49,604 nucleotides of DNA, from NCBI GenBank assembly GCA_024278215.1, contig JAJRTR010000202.1:1-49604 (forward strand), read 5' to 3'. A program made the translations under genes and the position numbers. Source of the DNA: a bacterium (lineage in GTDB: Bacteria > UBP15 > UBA6099 > JAJRTR01). This document shows positions 7,110-16,294 of this stretch, piece after piece (the first letter of the stretch is position 1; each line of letters opens with the position of its first letter). A model generated the notes under the pieces. The model saw only the letters and a program-made list of their open reading frames with translations. It did not search any database and was not told the origin of the DNA.

Positions 7110-9860
7110 ATGTTCATTATGGCGGAAAACAAGGTCTATATAGCTGCCGGATTCCACGTCAATTATAATCACTCCTGGCGTGGCGACCGAAACGATCGCA
7201 CCGGCTTCGGGCTCGATTCGCAGGTCATCGAGGGCATCCTCGACACACTCGACACCGCCAATGAAAGCGGCCTCGAAGCGCGGGGCACATGGGACTTCGA
7301 CAATTACTGGAGCCTCGAACACTGCATGCCCATGTTCGCGCCCGAACTTCTTCAGCGGATTCAAAAGCGCGTCATTGACGGCCCCGACGAAGTAATCCTC
7401 GACGCCTGGAACAACGGCTTGTACGGCGGCATGACCGAACACGAGTTCAGGGAAACACTCGCCCGCACTATCTCCAACGATGCCGGCTCCGGAATAAAAG
7501 ACCTTTTCGGCAACTACTCACCTGTGATTCGCACACAGGAAACCATGTTCACGCAGGGCGGCATCGAGTTGATGAAGGAATTCGGCATCGACGCTATCGC
7601 CCTCTACTACAGCAGCATCCCCTTCGACTCCATACGCAACTTCGTCCGCAGACTCACTCCCACTGAAATGTACAATCCCCTATGGTTCAACTCCACCGAG
7701 TCCGACGCGCGCTTGTTGATGATCCCCATGTACAACCAGGGCGATACTCTCAACCACGGCTCGATCTCAAAATGGGCCAGAGAGCTCCATCGCCGTCAGG
7801 AAAAAGGTGAACTCGACGGCAACGCGCTCATCTATATAAACATGGACGCCGACGCCGATATCTGGAACGGACTGCCGCTGCCCGGCGTTCTGAAAAAGAT
7901 TCCGAACACGCGCGGCCTGTCCGAATTTATCGAGACGGTTAACAAGCTGGATTACGTGGAATTCGCCACACTCGGCGATTATATAAGAGATAATGCGCCA
8001 GTCGGAGACCTGACCGTGTCGCAGGACCTCGCCGACGGCTCCTACACCGGCTATAACAGCTGGACGGAAAAAGAAGAGAACCATCGCCTGTGGCGCATCG
8101 CTGAACGCGCGCGCCGCCTGGCTGGCATCGCGGAATTCGCCACGGAAAAAGCGGATGTGGCGGACGACCGGCGGGCTGCTGCGCAAGAAGAACTGTACGA
8201 TTCGCCCGACTCGTATTTCGAGAACAAACTGCGGCTCCTTTCGACAACTCACTTCGGCATGCACGCGCCCGCCGTCCACTCGGAACGCGCGCAAGCGGGT
8301 TTCCATTACGCGCGAAATGCCTTCGAGAAAGCGATGCGACAAGCCGAAGATGCCGCCGGGTTGCTGAACGGGGACGCCGTGCCGGATGCCGATCCGCTGC
8401 TGTTCGCCTTCTCGATACTGAACCAGCCGAAATACAACAACGCGCCGGCCGCAACATCGCGGGCGAACATACTCGCCCGCGTACACTTCGGTCCGCTCGA
8501 TAAAAAGTGCAGGCCCACCGACCTCGAACTCGTTGCCGCCGACGGCTCGCCGTGCGCCTTCGACATTCTTAATCCGGTCATGGACGAGGCGGGCAATATC
8601 GTTTCCGGTACGCTCGTGTTCGTTAACGACGCTTCCGAACATCTCGCTTCATTCGCGCTTACTGTGAAAAAGGGCGAGCCTCCGAAAGATGAAATAAAAG
8701 TTTCAAAAGCCGGCATGTCAAACAGCAGGATCGACCTGAAACTCGACGACCGCGGCAGAATATATTCACTGAAGATGGACGGCAAAGAATTCTCTTCAGA
8801 GCAACTCCTTTCCCTTTCAGCGCTTTACAGGATCGACAGAAACAAAAAAACATTCTCTCCGCGCACGTATAAAGTCAAAACGGTGGAGACAGGCCCCAAA
8901 GGCCGCCTTGGCAGGCTCGGACTCGAAACACAGGTCGTGATTTTCTCGAAAGGAAAGAACTACACGATCAAAGCAGCGTATGACATAATGCTGTTCGATA
9001 AACTTCCTTATGTGTTTGTGGACGCCGACGTCAGGTTCCCCGACACGCCGCGCGGAGGCGGCGAGAAAGGACTGGCAACCGGCTCGGAACGTGAATTCGA
9101 CACAAACTGGTTCGAGGTCGCCCCCGCTCAGATAGCGCCGGGCATCCACAACAAGCCGGGTAGCTTCCTCAAGGTGTGGAAACACAATTACATGAACAAA
9201 ACAAATTGCTACGAATTCAATTACGGCGAGATACACAGGGGCAACAGGAATGTGGACGCATGTAACAACCACATAACCGACGGCTGGGTCGCCGTCTCGA
9301 ACGCTGACAGGGGATTCCTCCTGAGCTGCGACGCGGTAGTGAACTCCTCGGCAGCATACTGCCCGATGCGGCTGCGCGAGCGCGGTGGCAGGCAGCATGT
9401 GTTCCTGAACCCGTTCGGCACGTATCACGGCGAACAGTTCACACACCTGAACGACGGCTTCAATCTCGCGGCGTATATCACGACACTGGTGGGCGCGCAA
9501 CTCAAATCGGTCGCGCCGTCGTATAACAACCGTCGAGTACGCATAAATATGATGTGGGCACCATACATGGGCGACGAGCCGCCGGCGCAGACAGCGACAG
9601 ACGCCGACAGGTTCAGCATGCCGCCCGCTGTGCTTCTGCATGAAGACGGCGCCACAAAGCTATATATCGATCCGGTTGCCGCTGAAGAACTGAGGGAAGC
9701 TGTCGAAGAATATAATCTCGATCAGTGCCGCGGCTGGTCGTATAAAGACTTCCTCGAAGAAAGAAACAGGGGATTGCCCAAAGGTGTACCGCCGAAAGAC
9801 AAAAGCGGCGACAGGTTTATCCACCTGATTAAAGGATTGTTCGACGGAATGAAACATTAG
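7110..9860 (+). CDS. Glycoside hydrolase, GH57/GH38-like (beta/alpha)7 barrel with C-terminal beta-sandwich
   Basis: N-terminal FHVNYNHS, RTQET (nucleophile-like Glu), YINMDAD (acid/base-like Asp) and SW motifs in GH57 order. No signal peptide. Start may be 7119. Confidence 0.7.
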   Translation: MFIMAENKVYIAAGFHVNYNHSWRGDRNDRTGFGLDSQVIEGILDTLDTANESGLEARGTWDFDNYWSLEHCMPMFAPELLQRIQKRVIDGPDEVILDAWNNGLYGGMTEHEFRETLARTISNDAGSGIKDLFGNYSPVIRTQETMFTQGGIELMKEFGIDAIALYYSSIPFDSIRNFVRRLTPTEMYNPLWFNSTESDARLLMIPMYNQGDTLNHGSISKWARELHRRQEKGELDGNALIYINMDADADIWNGLPLPGVLKKIPNTRGLSEFIETVNKLDYVEFATLGDYIRDNAPVGDLTVSQDLADGSYTGYNSWTEKEENHRLWRIAERARRLAGIAEFATEKADVADDRRAAAQEELYDSPDSYFENKLRLLSTTHFGMHAPAVHSERAQAGFHYARNAFEKAMRQAEDAAGLLNGDAVPDADPLLFAFSILNQPKYNNAPAATSRANILARVHFGPLDKKCRPTDLELVAADGSPCAFDILNPVMDEAGNIVSGTLVFVNDASEHLASFALTVKKGEPPKDEIKVSKAGMSNSRIDLKLDDRGRIYSLKMDGKEFSSEQLLSLSALYRIDRNKKTFSPRTYKVKTVETGPKGRLGRLGLETQVVIFSKGKNYTIKAAYDIMLFDKLPYVFVDADVRFPDTPRGGGEKGLATGSEREFDTNWFEVAPAQIAPGIHNKPGSFLKVWKHNYMNKTNCYEFNYGEIHRGNRNVDACNNHITDGWVAVSNADRGFLLSCDAVVNSSAAYCPMRLRERGGRQHVFLNPFGTYHGEQFTHLNDGFNLAAYITTLVGAQLKSVAPSYNNRRVRINMMWAPYMGDEPPAQTATDADRFSMPPAVLLHEDGATKLYIDPVAAEELREAVEEYNLDQCRGWSYKDFLEERNRGLPKGVPPKDKSGDRFIHLIKGLFDGMKH

Positions 9861-9875
9861 GCATTTATCGCGCCG

Positions 9876-9899
9876 TAAGCGACGACATGTTGTCGCTTA
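9876..9899. other. 24-bp near-perfect palindrome downstream of the GH gene
   Basis: TAAGCGACGACATGTTGTCGCTTA, one mismatched pair. Confidence 0.45.
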
Positions 9900-10192
9900 G
9901 CAGATGCAGATAATGAAGGCGAACACAGAGCATCCAGTCGTTGCGTTACGGGTCTGAGCCCCGGAACGATAAAACCCCCGCCCCCCGCTTTTGGTTCAGT
10001 ACGATTTCTCCCGCAAAGAACAGGTTTATTAAGATTACCGATAAGGGAACAAAAGTCGGCGGTGTTGTGTTTTTCATAATAATGTAAGACAATATTATGG
10101 CTTTGAATTTCAGCACGTAAAGATCGGATTTTCGGCGTTGTAAAAAAAACGGCGTGAAACACGATATTATTTAGTGATACTGCAGCATGATG

Positions 10193-10222
10193 TTGACAGT
10201 TTTTTATTGGTAAAATTATAAT
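10193..10222 (+). promoter_or_regulatory. Consensus sigma70 promoter for the pil operon
   Basis: TTGACA (10193-10198)-N18-TATAAT (10217-10222). Confidence 0.75.
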
Positions 10223-10500
10223 TTATCTGTATGTGTTGGAGAGGACAGCCGGTTGCGTTATGACCGGATACAGACAGACATTTCGAAAAATTCCGGAAAA
10301 ACGACGGAAAAGAAATGTTGGCTTTAGACAGGCCGAGCGAAGAAGGCTTTGCATACGGCTGTCTGCTGTTTATTGGAAGAGCAGCTAGGATACGCAGCGT
10401 TGAAAATGACATAAAAGCAGGTAATATGCACACTAAGAGGTCTGTTACAATTCAGGTGTGAACGACTCTAAACACAGAGTTGGTTTTGTAAAGAGGAAAT

Positions 10501-12018
10501 TTGGATAGACTGCTCAAAACAGAAAGTGTCGTGGGTGTGGACGTAGCGCCCGACTATATTCGAGCGACGGAGATCGAGCGGGTCGGCGAAGACTACTATC
10601 TGCGCAACATCGGCCTGAAGGCGACCCCCGAAGGAGCGGTGGTCGATGGACTGATCGTCGACACCGCGGCGGTTGCGAAAGCGCTCAGATCATTGTTCCG
10701 CGAGCGCCGATTCGAGTCGAACCGGGTGGTGGCGGCTGTTCGGGGCAAGGGTGTAGTGAGCCGGATCATCACCCTGCCTTCGATGCCCCAGGACCGCCTC
10801 AGCAAGCTCATCGAAAACGAAGTCAACCGCTACGTCATATTCAGCGAACAGGACAAAGTAGTTTTCTATTATCCACTCGAAGAATTCGACGAATACGACC
10901 GCCGCAAAGTCAACGTGCTGCTTGTGGTAGCGCAAAAAAATATTTGTAATTCCTTCAACGAGGCTTTCAAACAGGCAAAACTCGAGCTGGTAGCTCTTGA
11001 TTTCAGCATTTTCTCGATTCTGCGCGAGCTCCGCAACAGCACACAGCACCTGTCGCAAGGCAACACGATGACCGTGATCTTCGACCATCACGGCGCTTCG
11101 CTCAACATCTTCCATCGCGACATCATGCGCTATACGAGAACCATCAAGTTCGATCCTGAACGGTTCACGTCGGCAAGCAACGGTTTCCTTGACAGGATTA
11201 TCGCCGAAACACTGCTTTCTATGCAGTATTACCAATCCGAATCAATAGGTCACGAACCCATATCGCGAGTTGTGCTGAGCCTTGGCGGCACGGGCAGCAC
11301 AGAAGCGTATAATGCAATCCAGGAATCCATCGACGACATCCCCGTCGAAGCACACGCGCCGTTCTCGAACATAAAAGTCAACATGGACGATTTCCCGCCC
11401 GACATTATGGAACAGGTGGACACAAGTTTTATCACCTCCATCGGGTTGTCTCTAAGGGGCCAGGAACTCTATTTCCTCCCCTTCCAGGTCGACCTCATGC
11501 CCGCGGAGATCGCAGAAGGCAAAAATCTCAGACAACACATAAAATGGCTCGCTGTGATCCTCGGCATCATTTTATTGGGATTCATGATTCCGGGCGAATT
11601 CATCCTGCCCGCGCAGGAAAGAGCCGCAGTAAACGAGCAAACCACCCTGAAAATGGACCTACAGGGCAACGAAGCAAAGCTTACAAAACTGAAAAAACAG
11701 CAGGAAACCGCCATGCGGCTCAACCCTCTTGCTATCAACGTGCCGCTCACCGACAACTGGTCTCCCATGCTCGAAAGCATAAAACAGGTGATTCCCAAAA
11801 ACGTGCAGCTTACCAGCCTTTCGATGGAACCGCCCAACAGCATCGAGTTCATGGGCATCGCCGACTCGAACCCGTCGATATTCTATTTTGTTTCTTCGCT
11901 GCGGAATTCGCCGAACTTTGCAGATGTCGAACTTGGCCCGCGCAACGCCGTGCCCGTCTACGACAAGCCAATGGTCAATTTCGTGATACACTGCAAATAT
12001 ACCGGGTCAATGGAATAA
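10501..12018 (+). CDS. pilM: Type IV pilus assembly PilM-PilN fusion protein
   Basis: Actin-like PilM motifs (VGVDV, TPEGAVVDGLIVD, RVVLSLGG, SIGLSLRG), then VDLMP (PilN INLLP-like), a TM segment, coiled coil and a PilN core (IPKNVQLTSL...FVSSLRNSPNF). TTG start with AGAGGA RBS. Confidence 0.85.
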   Translation: MDRLLKTESVVGVDVAPDYIRATEIERVGEDYYLRNIGLKATPEGAVVDGLIVDTAAVAKALRSLFRERRFESNRVVAAVRGKGVVSRIITLPSMPQDRLSKLIENEVNRYVIFSEQDKVVFYYPLEEFDEYDRRKVNVLLVVAQKNICNSFNEAFKQAKLELVALDFSIFSILRELRNSTQHLSQGNTMTVIFDHHGASLNIFHRDIMRYTRTIKFDPERFTSASNGFLDRIIAETLLSMQYYQSESIGHEPISRVVLSLGGTGSTEAYNAIQESIDDIPVEAHAPFSNIKVNMDDFPPDIMEQVDTSFITSIGLSLRGQELYFLPFQVDLMPAEIAEGKNLRQHIKWLAVILGIILLGFMIPGEFILPAQERAAVNEQTTLKMDLQGNEAKLTKLKKQQETAMRLNPLAINVPLTDNWSPMLESIKQVIPKNVQLTSLSMEPPNSIEFMGIADSNPSIFYFVSSLRNSPNFADVELGPRNAVPVYDKPMVNFVIHCKYTGSME

Positions 12019-12027
12019 GGAACAGAA

Positions 12028-12621
12028 ATGATCGCGCTCTACTCGAAAATGACTATGCCCCAGCGGATCATCGCCGCCGTGCTGATCATAGCCGTTGCAG
12101 CAGCAAGCCTCTTTTTCCTTTATCTCGATCCGAAAACAAAAAATGTCCATGCGCTCAAACAAAAAAATGAAAAAACATCAAAACTGATACGCCTCCAGGA
12201 GGCGCAACTGGCAAGAATCAAAAACCCGGGTAAAATAAACGAATTCCTGCCTCCCGAAAAGCTCGAAACCCTTGCTTCTTTCGACAACAAAACCCTCTAT
12301 TCGTCGGAAATACCGGTTCTCATCGAACTGCTCGAGCAGGTTGTCGAGAAATCCGGTGGAAAAAATATCAGGATAGAAGAAGGCGAATCGTCGCCCGTAT
12401 ACATAAAAATGGGCAGACGAAACCAGATCTATGAAATGAAAGCCCTGCCGCTTCTGGTGGTTTTTGACGCTTCTTACGCTTCTGCATCCAACTTCCTTTT
12501 CCAGATCAAGGCGATGCGCAGAATGCTCAAGCTGACAAAAGTCGAATTGCGGTCGGAAGACCTCACGGGTAAAATTAAAGTGATGGCGGATTTTCAATTG
12601 TATTTTGCCGAGGAGCAATAA
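12028..12621 (+). CDS. pilO: Type IV pilus assembly protein PilO-like
   Basis: N-terminal TM, coiled coil, EIPVLIELL..., SYASASNFLFQI..MRRML motif, directly after pilMN. Confidence 0.75.
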   Translation: MIALYSKMTMPQRIIAAVLIIAVAAASLFFLYLDPKTKNVHALKQKNEKTSKLIRLQEAQLARIKNPGKINEFLPPEKLETLASFDNKTLYSSEIPVLIELLEQVVEKSGGKNIRIEEGESSPVYIKMGRRNQIYEMKALPLLVVFDASYASASNFLFQIKAMRRMLKLTKVELRSEDLTGKIKVMADFQLYFAEEQ

Positions 12622-12624
12622 GAC

Positions 12625-13497
12625 GTGGGAATAAGCAGAAATTCATGGATTATCGCTATAATACTGATCGTGATGATACTAATAGCATGGTCTACCGACC
12701 CACGTCGCAACAAAATGAAATCCGGCGCAATGAGACCCCCGCCTAATCCGCTCATGCAACAGTTCGCCGCCGCTCCACAGGAACAACAACCCAACAACGC
12801 CGGACAACAGGCTTCCGGGCAGCAGAAAAATCGCAAAAAGACAAACAGCAGGTCACGCCGCCGGCAGGGCGCTTATGACGCAGCCGGATTCTCCGACTTC
12901 GAACTCCTCAACGACAGGTATGGCCGTAGTGATCCCTTCGCGCCTTTCTACGATATTCCGGAACCCGATGAGACGCTTCTCGATATACCCGCCATCGAGC
13001 CGCTGCCGCCCATGATACTCGAGAGCCCCGCCAATATGAAGCTTACCGCCGTTTCAATACAGGACGACGGTACAGGCATGGCCATCATCAACGGTGAAAT
13101 CGTTCGCGTCGGCGACTACGTACTCGGCTTCAGAGTTCACTACATCTCGCAAAACCGCGTCGAACTCATCAACGAACTCGGCGACAAAGCCATTCTCCGC
13201 ATCAAACAGGCTGTTCCCACAGGCTACGAAGTTACTCGCGGCGAGATCAGCAACATCCAGAAAGTGCCGGAAAAACAACCCCAGCGAACTGTCATACCCA
13301 CAAGACAACAATCGCCACTTCCGCTACCGCCGTCGAACTGGACAAACCTTCGCCCCGACGAACTTCCATCAGCACCGTCCACAAGACAGCACAAAAAAAC
13401 AAAACCGAATATCAGCATCACTCCGGACCCGCAGCAGGAAGCGCTCGACGAGATCCGGAAAATACTCTCCAATCCCGAAAATCTGCCTCTGAACTGA
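12625..13497 (+). CDS. PilP-like / GspB-like membrane-anchored protein with Pro-rich tail
   Basis: N-terminal TM, RSDPFAP motif, KLTAV..DGTGMAIINGEIVRVGDYV beta-domain, position after pilO. GTG start. Confidence 0.65.
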   Translation: MGISRNSWIIAIILIVMILIAWSTDPRRNKMKSGAMRPPPNPLMQQFAAAPQEQQPNNAGQQASGQQKNRKKTNSRSRRRQGAYDAAGFSDFELLNDRYGRSDPFAPFYDIPEPDETLLDIPAIEPLPPMILESPANMKLTAVSIQDDGTGMAIINGEIVRVGDYVLGFRVHYISQNRVELINELGDKAILRIKQAVPTGYEVTRGEISNIQKVPEKQPQRTVIPTRQQSPLPLPPSNWTNLRPDELPSAPSTRQHKKTKPNISITPDPQQEALDEIRKILSNPENLPLN

Positions 13498-13514
13498 AAT
13501 CCCGCGGCTACCTA

Positions 13515-13640
13515 TCCATAAACAGCTGCGTGTATCCGCATATCTCACAGCCGCCGCAACGGACGTGGAACAAGTGTTATCGCGATTTTGGCGCCGCGCT
13601 TGTGAAATATGTCGGCCAACCCGCGCAGGTGACTTATGCA
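13515..13640. repeat. Long imperfect inverted repeat (~50-nt arms)
   Basis: TCCATAAACAGCTGCGTG..CCGCATATCTCACAGC aligns with the reverse complement of GCTTGTGAAATATGTCGG..CGCGCAGGTGACTTATGCA. Confidence 0.55.
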
Positions 13641-13665
13641 GTACATGCTATATGCACTTGCAATA

Positions 13666-13694
13666 TTGAAAGTAGATCGGAAAACGACTATTAT
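13666..13694 (+). promoter_or_regulatory. Candidate sigma70 promoter of aspS
   Basis: TTGAAA-N17-TATTAT. Confidence 0.5.
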
Positions 13695-13742
13695 ATTACT
13701 CTGGTTTATATGTAGTAATTTACTTGCTTGGAGGAAATTAAC

Positions 13743-15569
13743 GTGCAGGTTGTTCCGCAGGGCGACTGGAAAAGAACACATAATTGCGGGGAATTACGCG
13801 AAGGCAACGTAGGCGCGAAGGTGTGCCTGATGGGCTGGGTCAACCGGTATCGCGATCACGGGGGCGTAATATTCATAGACCTCCGGGACCGCTACGGACT
13901 CACCCAGATTGTATTCGACCCGAGTGATTATCCCGACATTTTTGATATAGGCGACTCGCTTAGAAACGAGTACGTTATTGCGATAAAAGGCAATGTCCGC
14001 AACAGGCCGGAGGGCATGGCCAACCCTAAACTGCCCACAGGCATGATCGAGGTTCTTGTCGGCGAGGTAAAAGTACTCAATGTCTGCAAGAGTCTTCCCA
14101 TCGCGGTGAATGAAGAAGGCGACGAGGACGAAAGAGTGCGCCTGCGATACAGGTTCCTCGACCTGCGCCGCGAGCGGATGCAGAAAAACCTCATATTTCG
14201 CAGCAAAATGAACAAGGTAGTGCGCGACTACTTCTCGGGCAAAGATTTTCTCGAGATCGAGACCCCGGTGCTGACGAAATCCACGCCCGAAGGTGCCCGC
14301 GACTTCCTCGTGCCGAGCCGCCTGAGCAAGGGCTCGTTCTATGCGCTTCCGCAGTCGCCTCAACTCTTCAAGCAGATTCTGATGGCCTGCTGCTACGACA
14401 AATATTTTCAGGTGGTGAAGGCATACCGCGACGAAGACCTGCGCGCCGACCGGCAGCCGGAGCACACTCAGATCGACCTCGAAATGAGCTTCCCCGACGA
14501 AGAAGACATCTTCAGCCTGATCGAAGAACTCATGAAAAAAATGTTCAAGGAAGGTCTGGATATCGACATCGAGCCACCTTTCAGACGCATGACCTACGAA
14601 GAAGCTATGCTCAAATACGGTTGCGACAAACCGGACCTGCGCTACGATCTCGAAGTAACCGACGTGACGGAAGTCGTCCGCGGCTCCGACTTCAAAGTAT
14701 TCGAGAAAGTTATCGCCTCGGGCGGTCGCATCAGGGGCATCAGGGTACCCGGCGGCGCGGCTATGACACGAAAGAAGATAGACGATCTTATCACATATTC
14801 ACAAAAACTCGGTTCGACCGGACTCGCATGGATGAAGGTCAACGAAGAAGGACTTCAGTCCAATATCGTGAAGTTTTTCAACAAGGAAAAACAACAGGGC
14901 TTCATAAGAGAGTTCGGGGCGCAACCCGGCGACCTGCTCACTTTCGTCGCGGGCAGAGCAGCGGATATATGCCCGATACTCGCGGCCGTGCGGCTCGAAA
15001 TCGCACGCCGCATGGAAATGAAACCACTCGAGGAGTTCGCGTTCGCATGGGTCACCGACTTCCCGCTCTTCGAGTGGGACCCGACCGAGAAACGATGGGC
15101 TCCCATGCACCACATATTCTCGATGCCGCGCGACCGGGACATGAAACACCTCGTGGACCCGGACAGCGACGATTATGATCCGGCAAAAGTCTACGGTCGT
15201 CTCTACGACCTCGTGCTCAACGGCGTCGAACTCGGAAGCGGCAGCATCAGGATTCACAACACCGGTCTGCAACAGAAAGTGTTCGACGTGATCGGCATCG
15301 ACGAGGAAACAGCGCAGGAGAGGTTCGGGTTCCTGCTCGAAGCGTTCCAGTACGGCGCACCGCCCCACGGCGGCATCGCGCTCGGACTCGACCGCCTGCT
15401 TGCCATTATGTGCGGCGAGTCTTCCATCAGGGAAGTCATTCCGTTCCCGAAAACCTCGACCGGCACATGCCTCATGACCGGCGCGCCCTCCACAGTGGAT
15501 AAAGCGGCCCTGAGGGAAGTCGGCGTGAAAGTGAATATTCCGCAAGAAAAACAAGTCGACGAAACATAA
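13743..15569 (+). CDS. aspS: Aspartate--tRNA ligase, probably non-discriminating Asp/Asn type
   Basis: RTHNCGEL, RDHGGVIFIDLRD, TPEGARDFLVPSR, YALPQSPQLFKQ, GAPPHGGIALGLDR. GTG 13743 follows a GAGGA RBS (ORF track start 13728). Confidence 0.97.
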   Translation: MQVVPQGDWKRTHNCGELREGNVGAKVCLMGWVNRYRDHGGVIFIDLRDRYGLTQIVFDPSDYPDIFDIGDSLRNEYVIAIKGNVRNRPEGMANPKLPTGMIEVLVGEVKVLNVCKSLPIAVNEEGDEDERVRLRYRFLDLRRERMQKNLIFRSKMNKVVRDYFSGKDFLEIETPVLTKSTPEGARDFLVPSRLSKGSFYALPQSPQLFKQILMACCYDKYFQVVKAYRDEDLRADRQPEHTQIDLEMSFPDEEDIFSLIEELMKKMFKEGLDIDIEPPFRRMTYEEAMLKYGCDKPDLRYDLEVTDVTEVVRGSDFKVFEKVIASGGRIRGIRVPGGAAMTRKKIDDLITYSQKLGSTGLAWMKVNEEGLQSNIVKFFNKEKQQGFIREFGAQPGDLLTFVAGRAADICPILAAVRLEIARRMEMKPLEEFAFAWVTDFPLFEWDPTEKRWAPMHHIFSMPRDRDMKHLVDPDSDDYDPAKVYGRLYDLVLNGVELGSGSIRIHNTGLQQKVFDVIGIDEETAQERFGFLLEAFQYGAPPHGGIALGLDRLLAIMCGESSIREVIPFPKTSTGTCLMTGAPSTVDKAALREVGVKVNIPQEKQVDET

Positions 15570-15650
15570 TGTAACGGGTAGCTTTCACAGGCAGTCTTTC
15601 ACATGTCTGTATCAATAATAAAGCACAAATTTAAGGGAGGAAGATAGAAG

Positions 15651-15950
15651 ATGAGCGAAGAAAACTATTCAGACAGGATCAAGGACCTTGTCGAGGAGAC
15701 CGTTGACAAGGTAAACGAAGTATTCGACGAATTCGGAGAAAAGGCCGGCGAGATCATCAAGGATATCGCGGACAACGAAAAAGTGGAAGACATTATCGAC
15801 AAAGTGCTCGAAAAGCGCAGAGACATTGCCGAAAATTCCGGCGACCTGATCAAGAAACTTACAAACGCCGTCGTCGACGCAGGCGACACCATCTCCGCAA
15901 TGTTGAACAAAGATGACGACGACGATGACGACGATTTTTTCGACGATTGA
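15651..15950 (+). CDS. Small very acidic helical protein with poly-Asp tail
   Basis: Strong AAGGGAGG RBS, ATG start, followed by an intrinsic terminator. Confidence 0.8.
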   Translation: MSEENYSDRIKDLVEETVDKVNEVFDEFGEKAGEIIKDIADNEKVEDIIDKVLEKRRDIAENSGDLIKKLTNAVVDAGDTISAMLNKDDDDDDDDFFDD

Positions 15951-15982
15951 CTTTTCACAGAACTACTTGATATTCAAATAAG

Positions 15983-16007
15983 CCCGGGGGCAACCCCGGA
16001 CTTTTTT
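15983..16007 (+). terminator. Rho-independent terminator
   Basis: CCGGGG-GCAA-CCCCGG stem with GNRA loop, followed by ACTTTTTT. Confidence 0.8.
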
Positions 16008-16058
16008 GTATTGTATTTTACTAATCCGTATCACGGGTAATGTAGTAGAAGAAACAGA

Positions 16059-16125
16059 AAAAGTGTAGCGTGGGATACGGTGACCCCGCCATGCAAGTAC
16101 AATGTCAACACAAAGTTGACACGAC
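16059..16125. repeat. REP/MITE-like intergenic repeat, copy 2 (short)
   Basis: AAAAGTGTAGCGTGGGATACGGTGACCCCGCC plus the 18-mer shared with 5859-5876. Confidence 0.65.
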
Positions 16126-16294
16126 CCTGTGGACGGTTTTCTGCATGACGGATTCATTTCAGACCCTGGCCAAAGTGCTCGCAACAGACATGAAAAGTTG
16201 CGGTGGGAACGAATCTATCCTGTAGATTGTTAATATTTTCTGAATTATGCCGTAATATATAGTGTAAGGTTGTAAACGCAAAGAGAAGTGTACT

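Noticed and set aside
13515-13640. 6S RNA next to aspS
   Set aside because: Shorter than typical 6S RNA, with no clear central bubble. Kept only as an inverted repeat.
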